A stretch of 64,000 nucleotides of DNA from Octopus sinensis (Eukaryota), in contig NC_043008.1 in the NCBI RefSeq assembly GCF_006345805.1, positions 2,976,001 through 3,040,000 of the forward strand, written 5' to 3'. The translations under genes were made by a program, and so were the position numbers. This document shows positions 12,923-26,850 of this stretch, piece after piece (positions within the stretch are counted from its first letter, which is position 1; each line of letters opens with the position of its first letter). Below the pieces are notes generated by a model. It searched no databases. It was not told where the DNA came from and saw nothing but the letters and a program-made list of their open reading frames with translations.

Positions 12923-15429
12923 CAGATAGAACAGAGAAACATAGAAGGGAAAAATTGTTACGGCATGTATCGATTAATATTGATTACTCTCTTTTACTTA
13001 TGTAGAATATTGTATTTGTTAATGATACGTGCTTGGTTTGAATGGATAAAGTTGACAACATTTGCTGTTGCTGCAGCAGAGCTAACAACACAATGCAATA
13101 TGATGCACTTTAGGCTACTTGAAAATTATCTCTGATTCCATAAAGTGTAATCCAAAATGCTGGAATGGTTGGATCTCTTCAAAATTTTGGTGATGTTGCT
13201 TTAATAGAAAGGCTGTGCAATACACACGTCCCAACTTTTTTATACTTTGATATGCATGTATAGACGTATACATTGGATACAGGAACACATACATAAGCAC
13301 ATGTATGTACATCTTCCACACTCGGCAGTGGGTGTATTTATTCTTGTTATTATTTATTCTTAAGGTCGACTTTTTGTTACTTGCGTGCTTTGGGGGCTTT
13401 TTGACTAATTCACTTCTCAATGATATTTAATACAGTTTTTGTAGCACTGACGGTCAAATCTTCAACTATATTTTGCGATCAAACAACTGGAATTATTTTT
13501 ATTCAAAACAAGTTACGTCAAAACATGTGAGGTCAAAAATGGATGAGAAATGCGGACAATTTACTTTGTATCAAAATATCTGAGATATTTTTAAAATTAA
13601 CCACATACTAAGTGCACTTAAAAGAAATGTTCCCATTGAGTAGGATCGTTTGGTGAAAATTTCGTCATGAAATATTTGCTTACAGAAAAAGTGGTGTGAT
13701 TTTAAGTGAAGAAATAGAAGGTGACCATTTCAAATAGTTAAAATATTTTTTTCATTTTAAGATATTTACAAGTACAAAGGATGGCGTTTGATGTAATGAA
13801 TTGCGCAGCTTAATGGTACAGAGTACTCTTCTGCACTTGTGATTTTACTTCAGATGAAAGAATTCTGTGAAAGGAATCATGCTGAAAACCTTGTCAAAGA
13901 TTATTAAAAATTTAAATGATGAAAGAAAATATAGTAATTTTAAGAAATCAAAATACTTTTGTTTTTAAAAGAAATATAACATTATTTGAACTCAAATGAA
14001 TTTTTCTACAGAAAACCCCGTCCAGAAAAATAAAACATAAAAATCGTTATGAATTTTTGGCGATTTCATCTTACTGTTTATTATTTTGTCAATGTATTAA
14101 ATTATGTACATATAAAAAAAACATTAAAAAATAAAAGACTTTTGACATGTATAGAGCTATTCATTAATCATTCAATTAGAATATTTTATTTTATAATAAA
14201 ATTCTTTAAAAATAAATTCGTTCTTCAGAAATCTGCTGTTATTCATCCTTTCTCATTTTTAGGTGCAAGCAAAATTTCTAAGAAAATATGCATTTTGAAA
14301 ATATTTATATATTATCATTTTTTTCTATTATAATGTAAATATAATTAATTATAATAATGGAAGCGTTGCCTGGAAAAAAATTACATTAGAATGATAAATG
14401 CGAGCTCATAATCCTAGAATATTCCCAACTATTGAACCTAGAAAAGTATAGAACCAGCAGTAACAGAACGAAAATTGTGGGCATAACAGTAGAATATTCT
14501 AATAAAATGAAATTAGGAAAGAGCGAGTAAAGGAGCAAAAAATATTAATATTTCCGCTGAATTTAAAATGTTCGAAATAAAATTCTGAATTTTTTTCATA
14601 AAACACAGTGTAAGCTTCTTTGTCTTTCATATTTTATTGCATTTTAAAAAATTTAAGTTAATACATCTCATTTTAAAATTTCTTTATATTTTTAGGATTA
14701 TATTGTTTTTTTTTTAGATTATATTGTTTTGTTTTTTTTTAATTGGAGTTTCTTAACAAAACTGATAATCGAAAAATTTTATATCACAGATATTGTGTTA
14801 TAAAATGAAACTCATGCAGAATATATGTAATTCAAATGATTAATGAAAATAGTAACAAAAAAATTATAGAAACAAAAGAATTAATTTCTTTAAAGTTTTA
14901 CATTATCAGATCACAAACTATTTTTTATTTACACTCAGAAAAAATATTTTTAATAAAGTGTAAGTTAATGAACAGATTAAATGCCAAATGTAGAAATGAT
15001 TCGAGGATTTCTAAAAAATACTTAAGTGTCATATTTGTGAATCGTTGCTTAAATTCCTAATAAGTGAATTTTTAAATATATAAATTTTTAAGTTCAAATT
15101 TTAATACGCAATCTTGCAGCCAATTTGTATTTTCGCTTAAAGTTTGAAATAAATGTTTTTGAGTATTTTAAGTTAAATTTTCAAGTAAAAATTTTAAAAC
15201 TATACATATAATGGCATTTATTAATATTTTACTTTTTAAATTTTAATTTTTTTAACATTTAACGTGGTAGAATCCTAGAATTTTCTTAAATACTGACCCT
15301 GGGAATGTACGGAGACAGTAATAAAATGAAAACATTGGTGGATTTTGTGCTAGAATTTCTTCATGTATTGAAACTGGAAACGTTCTGTAGAAGAAGAAAA
15401 AGAAAACTTAAAAACTGAAAAGGCGAATA

Positions 15430-15661
15430 GCCGCATCAAAGTGGCAGCTGAATGCTATTACTAGTTTAACAACAGGTGGATTATCTGCCAGCTGGTTTTT
15501 GTACAATGTATCGGTAGCATGAGGAACGAAGCCCTACTACCCTCCAGCAGGTAATAGGGGTTCGCTCACCCTGCTAGTGATATGTTGTATATAAAGAGTG
15601 TAGAACTTACACCAAAACCATATGAGGGAGGTGTAACTTACAGCTGCCACTTTGATGTGGT
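15430..15661. mobile_element. Putative small MITE with ~20-bp inverted ends
   Basis: ccgcatcaaagtggcagctg (15431-15450) vs cagctgccactttgatgtgg (15641-15660) match 19/20 as inverted repeats. No clear target-site duplication. Confidence 0.5.
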
Positions 15662-15744
15662 CACTTACTTTACTGTTTAGTATACGTTACTAATCTATTT
15701 CTTCTTGAGATTTTTAAAACTTTAAACAATTAAAATTAAAAAAG

Positions 15745-15785
<41 letters not shown>

Positions 15786-15805
15786 AATATAAGAGGGAAT
15801 TTAAT

Positions 15806-15890
15806 ACTAGTTGCGTACTGGAGTAGATCTAATCTACTGGTCCCCTCCCCCAAAATTTCGGGCCTTGTGCCTAGAGTTGAAAAGTTTATT
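15806..15890 (+). mobile_element. SINE family B, 3' fragment
   Basis: gatctaatctactggtcccctcccccaaaatttcgggccttgtgcctagagttgaaaag matches 21050-21110. Confidence 0.8.
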
Positions 15891-15914
15891 GAATAATGAA
15901 ATTGTTAAGACTTT

Positions 15915-16440
15915 CAGTACACAAATTAGTAACTCCTATCTTCTGCAGCTATTGTAATTGTTGACTATAAAAACAGATTGGCTTCTTGCTTCCCTGTTAG
16001 TAGTCAAATTCATGAAGATGTCCCTGATGAGAACCCGAAAATCGATTATATTTGCTCATCATATTTTCAATCTACGTACAAAGAGCTAGTTTAGATCTGT
16101 TTATTATATATCATCTACGTATATAGGTTACAAAGATTATATCATACGTTGATAGCGTATAGATTTCCGTCCCCGTGAAGGGGCGAAATAATGTGCTATC
16201 ATTTACGGGTCCTCACATTTCTGGCTCCAATTTTCCGTAGCTTCTGTAATTGTTGAGTATGTAAACAGATCGGCTGCTTGTTTCTCTGGGATTGTTCAAA
16301 TTAATGCAGAACCCTCTGATGAGAAACTAATACGATTCGAAAAATCGATTAAAGTTGTATTTGATTTTTTCAATCAACGAGGCAATAGCTATGTTATCCG
16401 TATTTATATAAGCTTCTATATAGGTTATACACACGCGAAG
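15915..16440 (+). repeat. Diverged 292-bp tandem repeat, each unit with a minimal hammerhead-like motif (retrozyme/Penelope-LTR-like)
   Basis: aaacagat anchors at 15971 and 16263. CTGATGA-gaaccc-GAAAATCGATT-A at 16024-16048 and CTGATGA-gaa..ttc-GAAAAATCGATT-A at 16316-16351. Confidence 0.6.
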
Positions 16441-17811
16441 ATAAATATATATATATATATATCAATAATACACTACATATTCGTAACGACAGCGAGTTAA
16501 TAAATATGTTGCTACAAAATATTGGTACAATTTACTGTATGAACAAAATACTTACTTGGTATTGTAGAAGGTAACACTATGGAGGTTGTCATGTGCGTGT
16601 GTGTAAAAATTGATTCTGTCACTTTCTGTCTCGATTTTTGAAAGAAAGATTTCTTTGTAACCACGGTAATTGAAAAGCAGCATATTATGTTTTTCACGAA
16701 GAATCTACGAAACTACAACTAGTCGTATCACTTATTTTTATATTTTTAATTCTTCTTACTCATTATTTTATAATTTCTTGAGATATCAATTTAATTTCAA
16801 ACAATTTGACGTGTGCATAAATCATTCGAATATCTCACTGAATATTTTCCTCATATAAGTATTTTTTCGTCTTGTACTCTAGCTCAACCGAATTAAAACT
16901 GAAAACATATGTGTTTTATTTTATCATATATAAAATAAAATTTAAAAAAACTTTGTTCATTTTGCGTTTCTAATTAACGAATCTGATTAATAGAATTTAT
17001 ACACAATGATGTAAAATAACGAGAAAAAAGGAACGACTATGAAAAGCAAAATTATTTCCCAGACAAATGTCAAAACAAGCACAAATCCGAGTGAACAGAC
17101 AGAAAATATTGAAAGACACTAAGCAGTGTGATATTTCTTTGCCAAATTTTGCTCTCAGAATTCTAATCTCTACAATGTTATTGCAGCACTTTCTTCTTCT
17201 GGATCTAATTCTCGATTTGAATTAATTGACTACGCAACATCATTCAAAGGAATGATCTTCATTACATCATTTGATATGCACCATTCGATATTCCAACAAA
17301 CGTTAGCAATATAAACTAGGAAATGTTAGATCTTTCTTGGAAACGCGGACAAAGATAATTAACAGATATATTTCATTACTCATCAATGTTCCCGTGCTTT
17401 GTCAATTTTGCTGTATGCATCGACGGGTTTGCTTCAAATCCTAATATAATTCATCCACTACTTTAGTAAAATAAGGATGCATTATTCCTCGAAAGAGTTT
17501 GACGACAATTTAAAAAAGAATGTTAAGAAAAACCAAAAGATCCTCGTTTCTGCAGCTTCAGAAATTTCCCTTCGTGTACATTGATTAAAGGAACTGAACA
17601 AAATGCTTATAAGGTCCTGTTATTGCCAGCGTTCATCTCATGCAATCATCTTAGTTTAGCTTACATCTTCAAAAGAAATGTTAATGCAAGCATTGCTCTC
17701 AGCACATCGGGCTACAAGAAAGTAGCCTTCGATGCCAAGAACCTTCCTATTGGGTAGCGGCAAGTAACCTCAGATGCCCACATTTCTCCTAAGTATCCTA
17801 GCTGTCCCTGC

Positions 17812-17875
<64 letters not shown>

Positions 17876-17877
17876 GT

Positions 17878-17911
<34 letters not shown>

Positions 17912-17972
17912 GTTGCTGTTGCTGTTGTTGTTATTATTATTATTATTAATATCATCATTATTATCATTATCA

Positions 17973-18039
<67 letters not shown>

Positions 18040-18143
18040 GTTATTATTATTATTATATTATTATTATTATTATTGTATTATTATTATTATTGTTATTATT
18101 ATTATTGTTATTATTATTATTGTTATTATTATTATTATTATTA
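17812..18143. repeat. Compound trinucleotide microsatellite (TAT)n/(TGT)n/(CAT)n
   Basis: Read directly; source of the poly-I/L/Y ORFs. Confidence 0.97.
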
Positions 18144-18335
18144 AGACGTCGGACTGGCTTGAGAGTGTCGACATATAACCAACTGGCAGTTCTTCTGATT
18201 TTTATGTTCTAAGTTCAAATCGTATTGATGGCAACTTTAATTTTCAGTCTTTCAGAGTCAATAAAAAGCAGTCAAGTAATGGATCCGATAAAATCCACAA
18301 TTTCCCCTTAACCTAAGACTACAGGCCTTGCAGTA
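18142..18335 (+). mobile_element. Old SINE family B copy
   Basis: tttatgttctaagttcaaatcgtattgatggcaactttaattttcagtctttcagagtcaataaaa is a diverged version of the 20970-21030 core. Confidence 0.6.
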
Positions 18336-20919
18336 AAATTTTAAGAGGTGAAAATAAACGAACAATCGCAATCCACTTAAAAGTAACCCTAGTTTTGTGC
18401 TGGTAACTCTGTTCGTGATATTCCTCTATTTTTCCGAGTTACTCTTCTTATGTTTGTTGTCCAAATGTGAGAGTGCATCTGTGTAGATTGTTAAATTCAC
18501 ATCATAAGCACGGAATTGGCGTGTATTCCCTTTCCAAATTATCATCTCCAAAATTCTCCCTGAAATACAGTCATCCTTCGCTATGAGTAGATATTCTTCG
18601 CGCAAATTAATAGTAGTAGTATTAGTAAGAGATGAAGATGAATCGAGTCTGACTTCTGACCTGCTTCGAAGCCAATCCTACTTGCTAAGATGGCAATTAA
18701 CTGTAGTTGAAAGTAAGCCTAAAGGGACACTCTGCTGTGAATCGCAGTGTCAACACGAATAATAACAACGATAGCAACAAAATCAAACACAATGAAAATA
18801 GAATCAACCCTACTCACCCAGAAATCCTCTCCAATAATACGAACAACGACAACAACGACCAGAGCAGCGATGACAACAACAGCAGTAACACGAACGGAAA
18901 ATAGCTCCAGCAACAACAACAACAATATCTACCGCAACGATATTAACGAAATCAAGGAGATGATGAAAAACAACATATGTATCATTTCCTGCTACCTTTC
19001 TTATAAGCTTCCAAGCCCGCTCATACATTAATACCTTTTTTCCTTCTATCCACTCATTTACAACTATCAGTTTATTCTCAAAAAAGTAATATAATTCTAT
19101 GCGGAAATCTTATTAGGCTTGTTCCTTCCGATAAACTCCTTCGTTCCGATGAATTAACGTATATCGTGATATGTCCCTTCATGTATAATAATGTTACTAT
19201 GGAAGTACATGCTATATTCCTCTTACAACTAAATTTTGTAATAAGTACATGTATATTAATTAGTCACGATAAATGGATCTGTCCTATATTTATTTTTCAA
19301 TGTTAACCAAAGACATTTACACATATCCAAATTATTCTGGAATTACATAATTTAGTTACAATTCATAATAATCATACGAAATCGATAATAAAAATAAAAA
19401 AAAGCTTTTTCATCTTCTCCTAGCTACATTATTGCATTTTTATATCACCATTGGCAACTGGGTTACTACATGTAATCATTTTCAAATTTTCTTATTACTG
19501 TTGTTGTTGTTGTTGTTGCTATTGTTGGTGCTGTTATATTCGGTGTTCTCATTGCTGTTATTGGTAGTGTAATTATTATTAGTGCTTTCGACTTACCCGT
19601 CATTAATTATATGGTTTATATTAAGGCAGATATTCCCGATCATTGTCGGTTAATTTAGACAACTTTCAATACGCCTTCCGCTATTATGTTTGTCCCTATT
19701 TGTCCCTTGCTCTTTCGGATGATGTTTCTAGTAATTCTGATTGCTAGATTCTGTTTCCTATTATTGTGTGAATATGATATTCCATGTTATTTAACGTTGC
19801 ATATGATAGGCTCACCATATGAATATTTTAAATGTTATAGAATCTGCTGCATTTAGAGACAGGTCTATCTAATACAGAGAAAAATTGCCTAACAATTTTA
19901 GAGGATACATGTTATCAGAACAACGGATTATACCACAAACTACTACCTTTATTAAACTTAATCGGTTTAGTTTAATTCTTATCGTAGATATGCAGATTGA
20001 AATTCGAATGAGATCTTTTATTCCTATTTCCAAATTTTTTATTTGCTTATTTCCATTCTTATTTCGATTTACATTCAGTTTTGTTTCACTATTTGAATGC
20101 GATTTTAAATTCCGGTTCTACCGTAATGCTTCCTCTAACATTTGCACTTTATGTTCACTAACAGACCTACCCCCATAGTTTTTGGTATGTCTATTATTTT
20201 TATTTTTATATTACTTAGCTACACCAGTGTAGGTTTAGCGTAATTGTTATCGTACTTGACGGTTATACAGCTTATAATTGCTGTTAGATTTTATCATTTC
20301 CATTTCCAACATCCTTATTTCCATCATTAGTTTCATGTGCCTTCGTTTTCATTGCACTATTCTTATCCGAATTTTAACTTTGGCCTTTCCCTTCTGCAAT
20401 CTTAACACTAGCATTTGTATTTAGTTTATATTCGCTACAAGATCTAACTCTATACATTTTGCTATGTTGATTATTATTATTATCAATTTTGAATTGACAA
20501 ACTATACCATAGTTAGGTGTATATTTAATTTTCTTTCTTTCGTTGTATCACCGCACAATAATACTTTGCGTGTGATTCAAATATTTAATACACAATTGAA
20601 TATAGACCTAACAACAGTATAGTTAATGAATACCGAAGATGATTAAGTAGTGCTCCGGACACTACTGACATGAACTACATTAATACAATAATGTGTATAA
20701 TATAGGAAACATTCAACAATTACCAGCCAATAATGATGTACTGAAACAAATGTAGTTATTTATAATAAAACTTGTTCATGCAATGTCCTAGTATTAAAAT
20801 AGCTTTGTATATATTTTACGGATACTTGCTTATTTCCACGCATGGATACGGTAAAAGAAGCCTGAATATATTAGGGTCTGAATATACCTGAAGCGCTAGA
20901 AACTGCAGAGAAATTACTT

Positions 20920-21116
20920 GTGATAAACGTTAGCACGTCGGACGAAATGCTTAGCAGTGTTTCGTCTGTCTTTACCTTCTGAGTTCAAATTCCACTAAGG
21001 TCGACATTGCTTTTTGGGTTCAATAAATTAAGTACCAACTGCGTACGGGTTCGATCTAATCGACTGCCCCCTCACCCCAAATTTCTGGACTTGTGCCTAG
21101 AGTAGAAAAGAATATT
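20920..21116 (+). mobile_element. SINE family B
   Basis: cgttagcacgtcggacgaaatgcttagcagtgtttcgtctgtctttaccttctgagttcaaattcc...gtgcctagagtagaaaagaatatt; this family recurs in the window on both strands. Confidence 0.85.
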
Positions 21117-21127
21117 AGATACCACAC

Positions 21128-21158
<31 letters not shown>

Positions 21159-21202
21159 CACCACACACACACACACACACACATGCACGCATCTATGAGC
21201 AT

Positions 21203-21603
21203 AGACGCAGGCGTCGCTGTGAGGTAAGAAGCTTGCTTCCCAACCACACGGTTTCGGGTTCAGACCCACTGCGTGCCACCTTGGGAAAGTGTTTTCTACT
21301 ATTGCCTCGGGCTAACCAAAGCCGTGTGGGTGGATTTGGTAGACTTAGACTGAAAGAAGCCCGTTGTATGCCTATGTACATATCTATGTGTGTGTTTGCA
21401 TTTGGGTCTGTGTTTGTACCCCGTCACCGGTGATGGTACATTAACGTCTACATAATCTAGCGTTCCGGCAAAAAGAGACCAATAGAACAAATACAAGGTC
21501 TTAAAAATGAGTCCTAGGGTCGACTTATTGGTCTAAACCCTTTAATGAGGTGCCCCTGCATGGTCGCACTCAGCTGAGTGAAACGAATAAACGATAGAAG
21601 ATA
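21203..21603 (+). mobile_element. Full-length tRNA-derived SINE family A
   Basis: Head gcaggcgtcgctgtgaggtaagaagcttgcttcccaaccacacggtttcgggttcagaccc with a B-box-like GGTTCAG, an internal simple repeat and an A-rich tail. Colinear with the minus copy at 50241-50667. Confidence 0.9.
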
Positions 21604-22426
21604 AATGCATACATGTACACACACACATACGCATATCCATACAACTACACACGCATTCATAGATATATGTGTACCTGGGTGCGTAGGTGTAGTTTACTCT
21701 GTAAATGATTCACTGTAAAATATCGCTTCTAAATAAAGTCAGGCATAAAATGTTGCGTAAATGAATTTCATTCGAATTTCTTACAACATTATCCGTGTAT
21801 AAATTCGGATTTTTACCTTATCCGTGTATCCGTGTTTCCAGTAGAAATTTCTTCACCAAATTTGTGCAGCTGTCTGTGTGGGTGTGCGTGTGTGTGTGTG
21901 TGCGTGTGTGTACATGTCTGTATGTGAATAGTAGCGATATCTGAATAAAGAGATATTGCGATAAAAAAAAGGTTGGTGAATTCCTGCTGAAAATACTAAA
22001 ACTGCAAACTGTGAATTTTCGTTCGCTAAAGGCTTATTGTATATATTTGCAGAGCGCAGATCAGTTTCATCTCAATGATAGGTCATATCAAAGGTGCGTG
22101 GGCATATATCCAGTCAGTGTGTATGCTGTGTAATATATTCACAGAAAAATACTCTCATTCACACATAGACGCACACACATACACGTTTGCGTACATAGAG
22201 GTATGCAGGGTACACACGGATGCATATGGATTGTATGAATTAAAATTAAAATGACTTTTTAACAAGTGGCAATGCATATATGCATATACAAGCATGCACA
22301 CACGGGTGCATATATATATTCACATGTACATAGGTACACACACAATTGAAGGTATGTAAATACATATATATAAATATACACATGCACACATACACACATA
22401 TACACATACACACATATACATCTATT

Positions 22427-22508
<82 letters not shown>

Positions 22509-22533
22509 CAGAACGACAGACAGACAGAGAGAC

Positions 22534-22576
<43 letters not shown>

Positions 22577-22631
22577 CAGATAGACAGACATACATACAGA
22601 CAGACAGATAGATAGATAGATAGATAGATAT

Positions 22632-22699
<68 letters not shown>

Positions 22700-22725
22700 A
22701 TAGATAAATAGACAGACAGTCAGAC

Positions 22726-22780
<55 letters not shown>

Positions 22781-22800
22781 CAGATAGATAGATAGATAAT
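22427..22800. repeat. (GATA)n/(GACA)n tetranucleotide array
   Basis: Read directly. Confidence 0.97.
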
Positions 22801-23312
22801 ATAAATCATGTTATTTTTACACAAGCATAAATATAAGCACAAAGTAATATTCAGATACAGTGAAGAACTAGGCATTTCATTCATAAATCTACTCACGGAC
22901 ACGCATATATTTTCACACAAATTCCTACGTTGACTGCACATTAGTGACAGTATTTGACATTTTATATTCATATGCACTTGCATGGATGCATATATTCATA
23001 TAAATGTGCACATAAATGCATAAAAATATTCTTGAAAAACATTCACGTACGCATTGACACGAGCATGTTAATATCTGAAAATCAGATAAAATAATGAAAA
23101 ATAAAAACACTTCACAATTTAAAAGTTAAAACTTACAAAAGTAGAAAGATACAAGAATATAAAATTGTTAAATCGCAAAATTGCAATATAACTGGATCTA
23201 AATTTATGAAGAGGCGAATAATGATATCTATGCTTGTATTCACTCAATATCCGTTATGTGAATACGAAACTCCTAAGCGTTTAATCGCTATACAGGTTTA
23301 TAGGCGATGTTT

Positions 23313-23398
23313 AGAAATTACGCTATGAACAATGAATATAGATTATAATTGTACAGAAATTACGCCATGAACAAAGAATATAGATTATAATTGTACAG
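23313..23398. repeat. 42-bp tandem duplication
   Basis: agaaattacgc(t/c)atgaacaa(t/a)gaatatagattataattgtac twice, with 2 mismatches. Confidence 0.9.
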
Positions 23399-23479
23399 CA
23401 ATATTTAATAATTGCTTGGTTATCAGTTAAATTCTGATTTTAATGTTTACATACTGGAAGTTAAAATTATAGACATTCT

Positions 23480-23496
23480 ATACATATACATATATA

Positions 23497-23548
<52 letters not shown>

Positions 23549-23667
23549 AATATATTATATGTATTTTGATATTTCGGAATGGTCATATTGCCAGTTTAGC
23601 CAATAAAAACACACGCACTATATATATATATATATATATAGATATATATATATATATATATATATAG

Positions 23668-23702
<35 letters not shown>

Positions 23703-23884
23703 ATATAAACTTGCATATATATATATTTATGTATTTTTATATGTATGTACATCTGTATATATCAATATCTTTATGTACGTATGTGTGTGTGCATGCACGT
23801 ATGTATATGTATATAGACACACGCACACATATATATGTATACATACATATACATACATATACATATACACACAAATACACACAC

Positions 23885-23915
<31 letters not shown>

Positions 23916-23964
23916 ATATATATATTAGTTAAAAGGATTCCTTAAAACTCATTATTATTATTGC

Positions 23965-24040
<76 letters not shown>

Positions 24041-24051
24041 TTTATCATTAT
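23480..24051. repeat. Microsatellite cluster (TA)n and (ATT)n
   Basis: Read directly; (ATT)n at ~23952-24051. Confidence 0.95.
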
Positions 24052-24699
24052 TCAACTGAAATGGCTTTATAATTAAGTAACAATTGTAGGCAATTGAAGA
24101 AAATGCTTTCTCGATACCTGTAGAACAACAAAACTAAATTTTGTACAAAAGTGTATTGGAAGGAGAGTTTTGTGCTGGTGTGTCAGGTACGATTCCTTGC
24201 ATGTTTAGACTCCTCCTCTGTTTTCTTCGTCTCTTTAACAGTGTGCAATATATTATAACCTCTCGGATTAGACTTTTCTCTAACAGGTTCTTATTTTCCT
24301 TGAACCCGTCTCAGAAACCTTAGAAAGTGTACACCTGTCTCCGAAGACTAAACGATTACAAAAAAAGTGGCGTTCCAGTCATGAGTATCTCGACATTTAA
24401 AACTAATTACACATTTATGTCTTTATTATTTAGAACGACTCACTAATTTAAAGACTATTTCCAGAGGAATTTGCATATTATTTCCAGTAAGTAGAGAACT
24501 ACTTAGAGCTTACCAGCTTTACTCGTCCATGCAGCAGTAATTTTGAAGGATATTAACTTCTTTTATGAAACTGATATTCAGTATCTAAAATTATATTGGA
24601 TATATGTTTTGAATTATCTGAATTGTAATATCAGTTAATGTTTCCGAGTTTGGTATTATTTCACATATAAATTATATCGTCCACTGCAAATCCATTATG

Positions 24700-25300
24700 T
24701 TTCTTCTTCCCAAATGTAATTATTGCCAGACGCTGTCACCAATATTGATGCATCTGTTCCTAGAATGCAATCTTCAATGACCGATAGGTTTCCAACTTTA
24801 GATTTCAGAACCCAAATAAGAGGTGTTAAAGTGACTACAAACTGCTGACATATGACTTGTGAGAGAATGTAATTACATTTATCCATTCAGCATTTTCACA
24901 TCGTATTAAGCACAATACTCTCCACCTCAACATCAAATTTTCCTCTTGTTTCTTTTTCAGAATTACTTTTCTCTGTTTATGAGCACTTGTGCAAGACGAA
25001 TGAATCTTTTGTCACTCAACAATATCCAATCTGTTCCCATATAGATGGAAACGTCATTATCTCTTTGAAAATCTAACAGCAGATCTGGCTAGATACTAAT
25101 TCATTAGACATGTGTAAGTTCTTCATATAACATGGATAAAAACTGTAGTTCTTGAATTTTGAAATGCAAATGATTGGCTACTGATATATGTCGTCTTCTC
25201 AAAGTATTATCAATGAGAAATAATGTTTGCACGAAAACGTCTATCAGTTGATAATGGAATTGTACCAGTAAACAATTTCTTTCTTCCAGAAAATGAACTC
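24700..25300 (-). mobile_element. Ancient RTE-like LINE remnant (RT end/C-terminal region)
   Basis: Broken minus-strand peptides in RTE order: GNRLDIVE, FIRLAQVL (compare FxYLGQ), SEKETR, YLGSEI*SW (compare YGSETW), EDCILG. Confidence 0.45.
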
Positions 25301-25899
25301 CAAGTATAAATTGTGAAAGACTGCAATGCTCAGGATTTATGTCGTCTGTGTTTTGCTAGAGTTCATATTATTACTCAGGCTTCACTTTCATAGAATATAT
25401 TAGCAACAATAGCATGCCGCCCTCTCAAAAAATGCGAACGCAATGCTATCTTCATTGAGACATCAGTTTTAACATAAAGTGGCAATTTTTACTGATATAC
25501 ATTAGGCAGGGGTTTTCAGACACAACGACTATTTGCTTATATTGTGGCAGATTTAAGTAAAGCTTTTGTTTTCGACGTCTTGGACGACGAACCAAGTGTT
25601 AGTATCTGTCCTGTCTGAAGATATTTCCCACACTTTAAGTATATCTACTCTACATATAAAATATGAAAGTGACTTCAAATCCAAAATTTAGGAAGCTTTA
25701 ACACATCATGATAACAAAAGACTTGTGATGTTGATTGTCGTTCTGAAAATCGATCAGAGAAATATTATACACCACCAAATCTTACTACAACTTTTAAGTG
25801 TAAAATTAATTATATTCTGTTTCTAAAGAGAAACTATAGAATAGACATAAATTGAGTGAAATGTTCACTTTTATGCGATGAATAAATGCAACCTGATTT

Positions 25900-26850
25900 T
25901 ATATAGTTTTTCTCGACCACTAAGCGCGCCATAAATAATTTTGCATAATCCAATAAGGTTTGCATTTCGAGTACATTTTCTTTTGAGCAGCAAATACTCA
26001 AAGATTTTTGGATTTTAGTACGTAAACCAGCGGTATTGGATAACGGATTATTCAAGAATTTTAAAAGATTTAGATCTAAAAAATGCAAGTATTTGGTCAT
26101 TCATTCTAATGTAATAAAGAATATTGATATGTTTTGAAGCTTTGAGAGAATTACGTGGCTGTGATCTCTGTCAGTTAAAAGACATTATTTTGGTGTCTTT
26201 GATCTCAATTCTATTATCCATTTTATCATTTTCAATTATGCTACTTGCGTTATTTGTGAGTTTGGAAAATGACTTGAGATTCAGTGAAATAATTTAGATT
26301 GTCACGGAGATGCTTTCATTAATATTATTTAGATGACTATTTAGAATCCCTTCTAATAACATAGTTTCGGAAAACTAATATTAAGAAATTCATAGCATTT
26401 GTCATGGAAATTGCTATACATGCAGTAATGAAAGCAAAGAGATATTCCTCACAAAAAATATTTAAAAATCTATTAAAATGTATTGAAAGGATTGAAGGAT
26501 TTAAGAGATAAAGGTTTTCCTAGAAAAATTTTGTCTTTCAGTAATTGCAACTCTATAACTTGCATTTGTCTTTCAGTCCAAGAAATGATTGATTGAATAT
26601 GCACCACACTCTGTTTTAGAAATGATGTATTAAAGCAAATTTTCTACTACAAATCTAGTTTGAAACAGAAACACCATGTAATATCCACATCAATATTCCC
26701 TAACGTTGCTTTTAATATTTTTACGTTTACTTTTTATAGAACATTGGCAAAAGAGACGAAGAGATATTAACTAAGAGTCATTTTGTTAATGTTGTTGCCC
26801 TGTCTTTCAAATTCCTTTAGCCAGAACATTACATTTATTCCTGATATGGT
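25900..26850 (+). mobile_element. Possible fossil hAT-type transposase
   Basis: Weak fragments only (LKDLRDKGF; FTFTFYRTL) resembling the C-terminal half of ZMYM-like hAT transposases. Confidence 0.2.

Noticed and set aside
16160-16200. cccc-gtgaa-gggg-cGAAA hairpin between the two 16-kb hammerhead motifs
   Set aside because: It resembles helix II plus GAAA but has no CUGANGA upstream.
18707-19031. Thr/Asn-rich ORFs at 18.7-19.0 kb
   Set aside because: A decayed (AAC)n tract that is open in several frames on both strands.
25505-25580. Plus-strand QGF...ADLSKAF RT-like words
   Set aside because: An isolated short motif with no further RT blocks in register.
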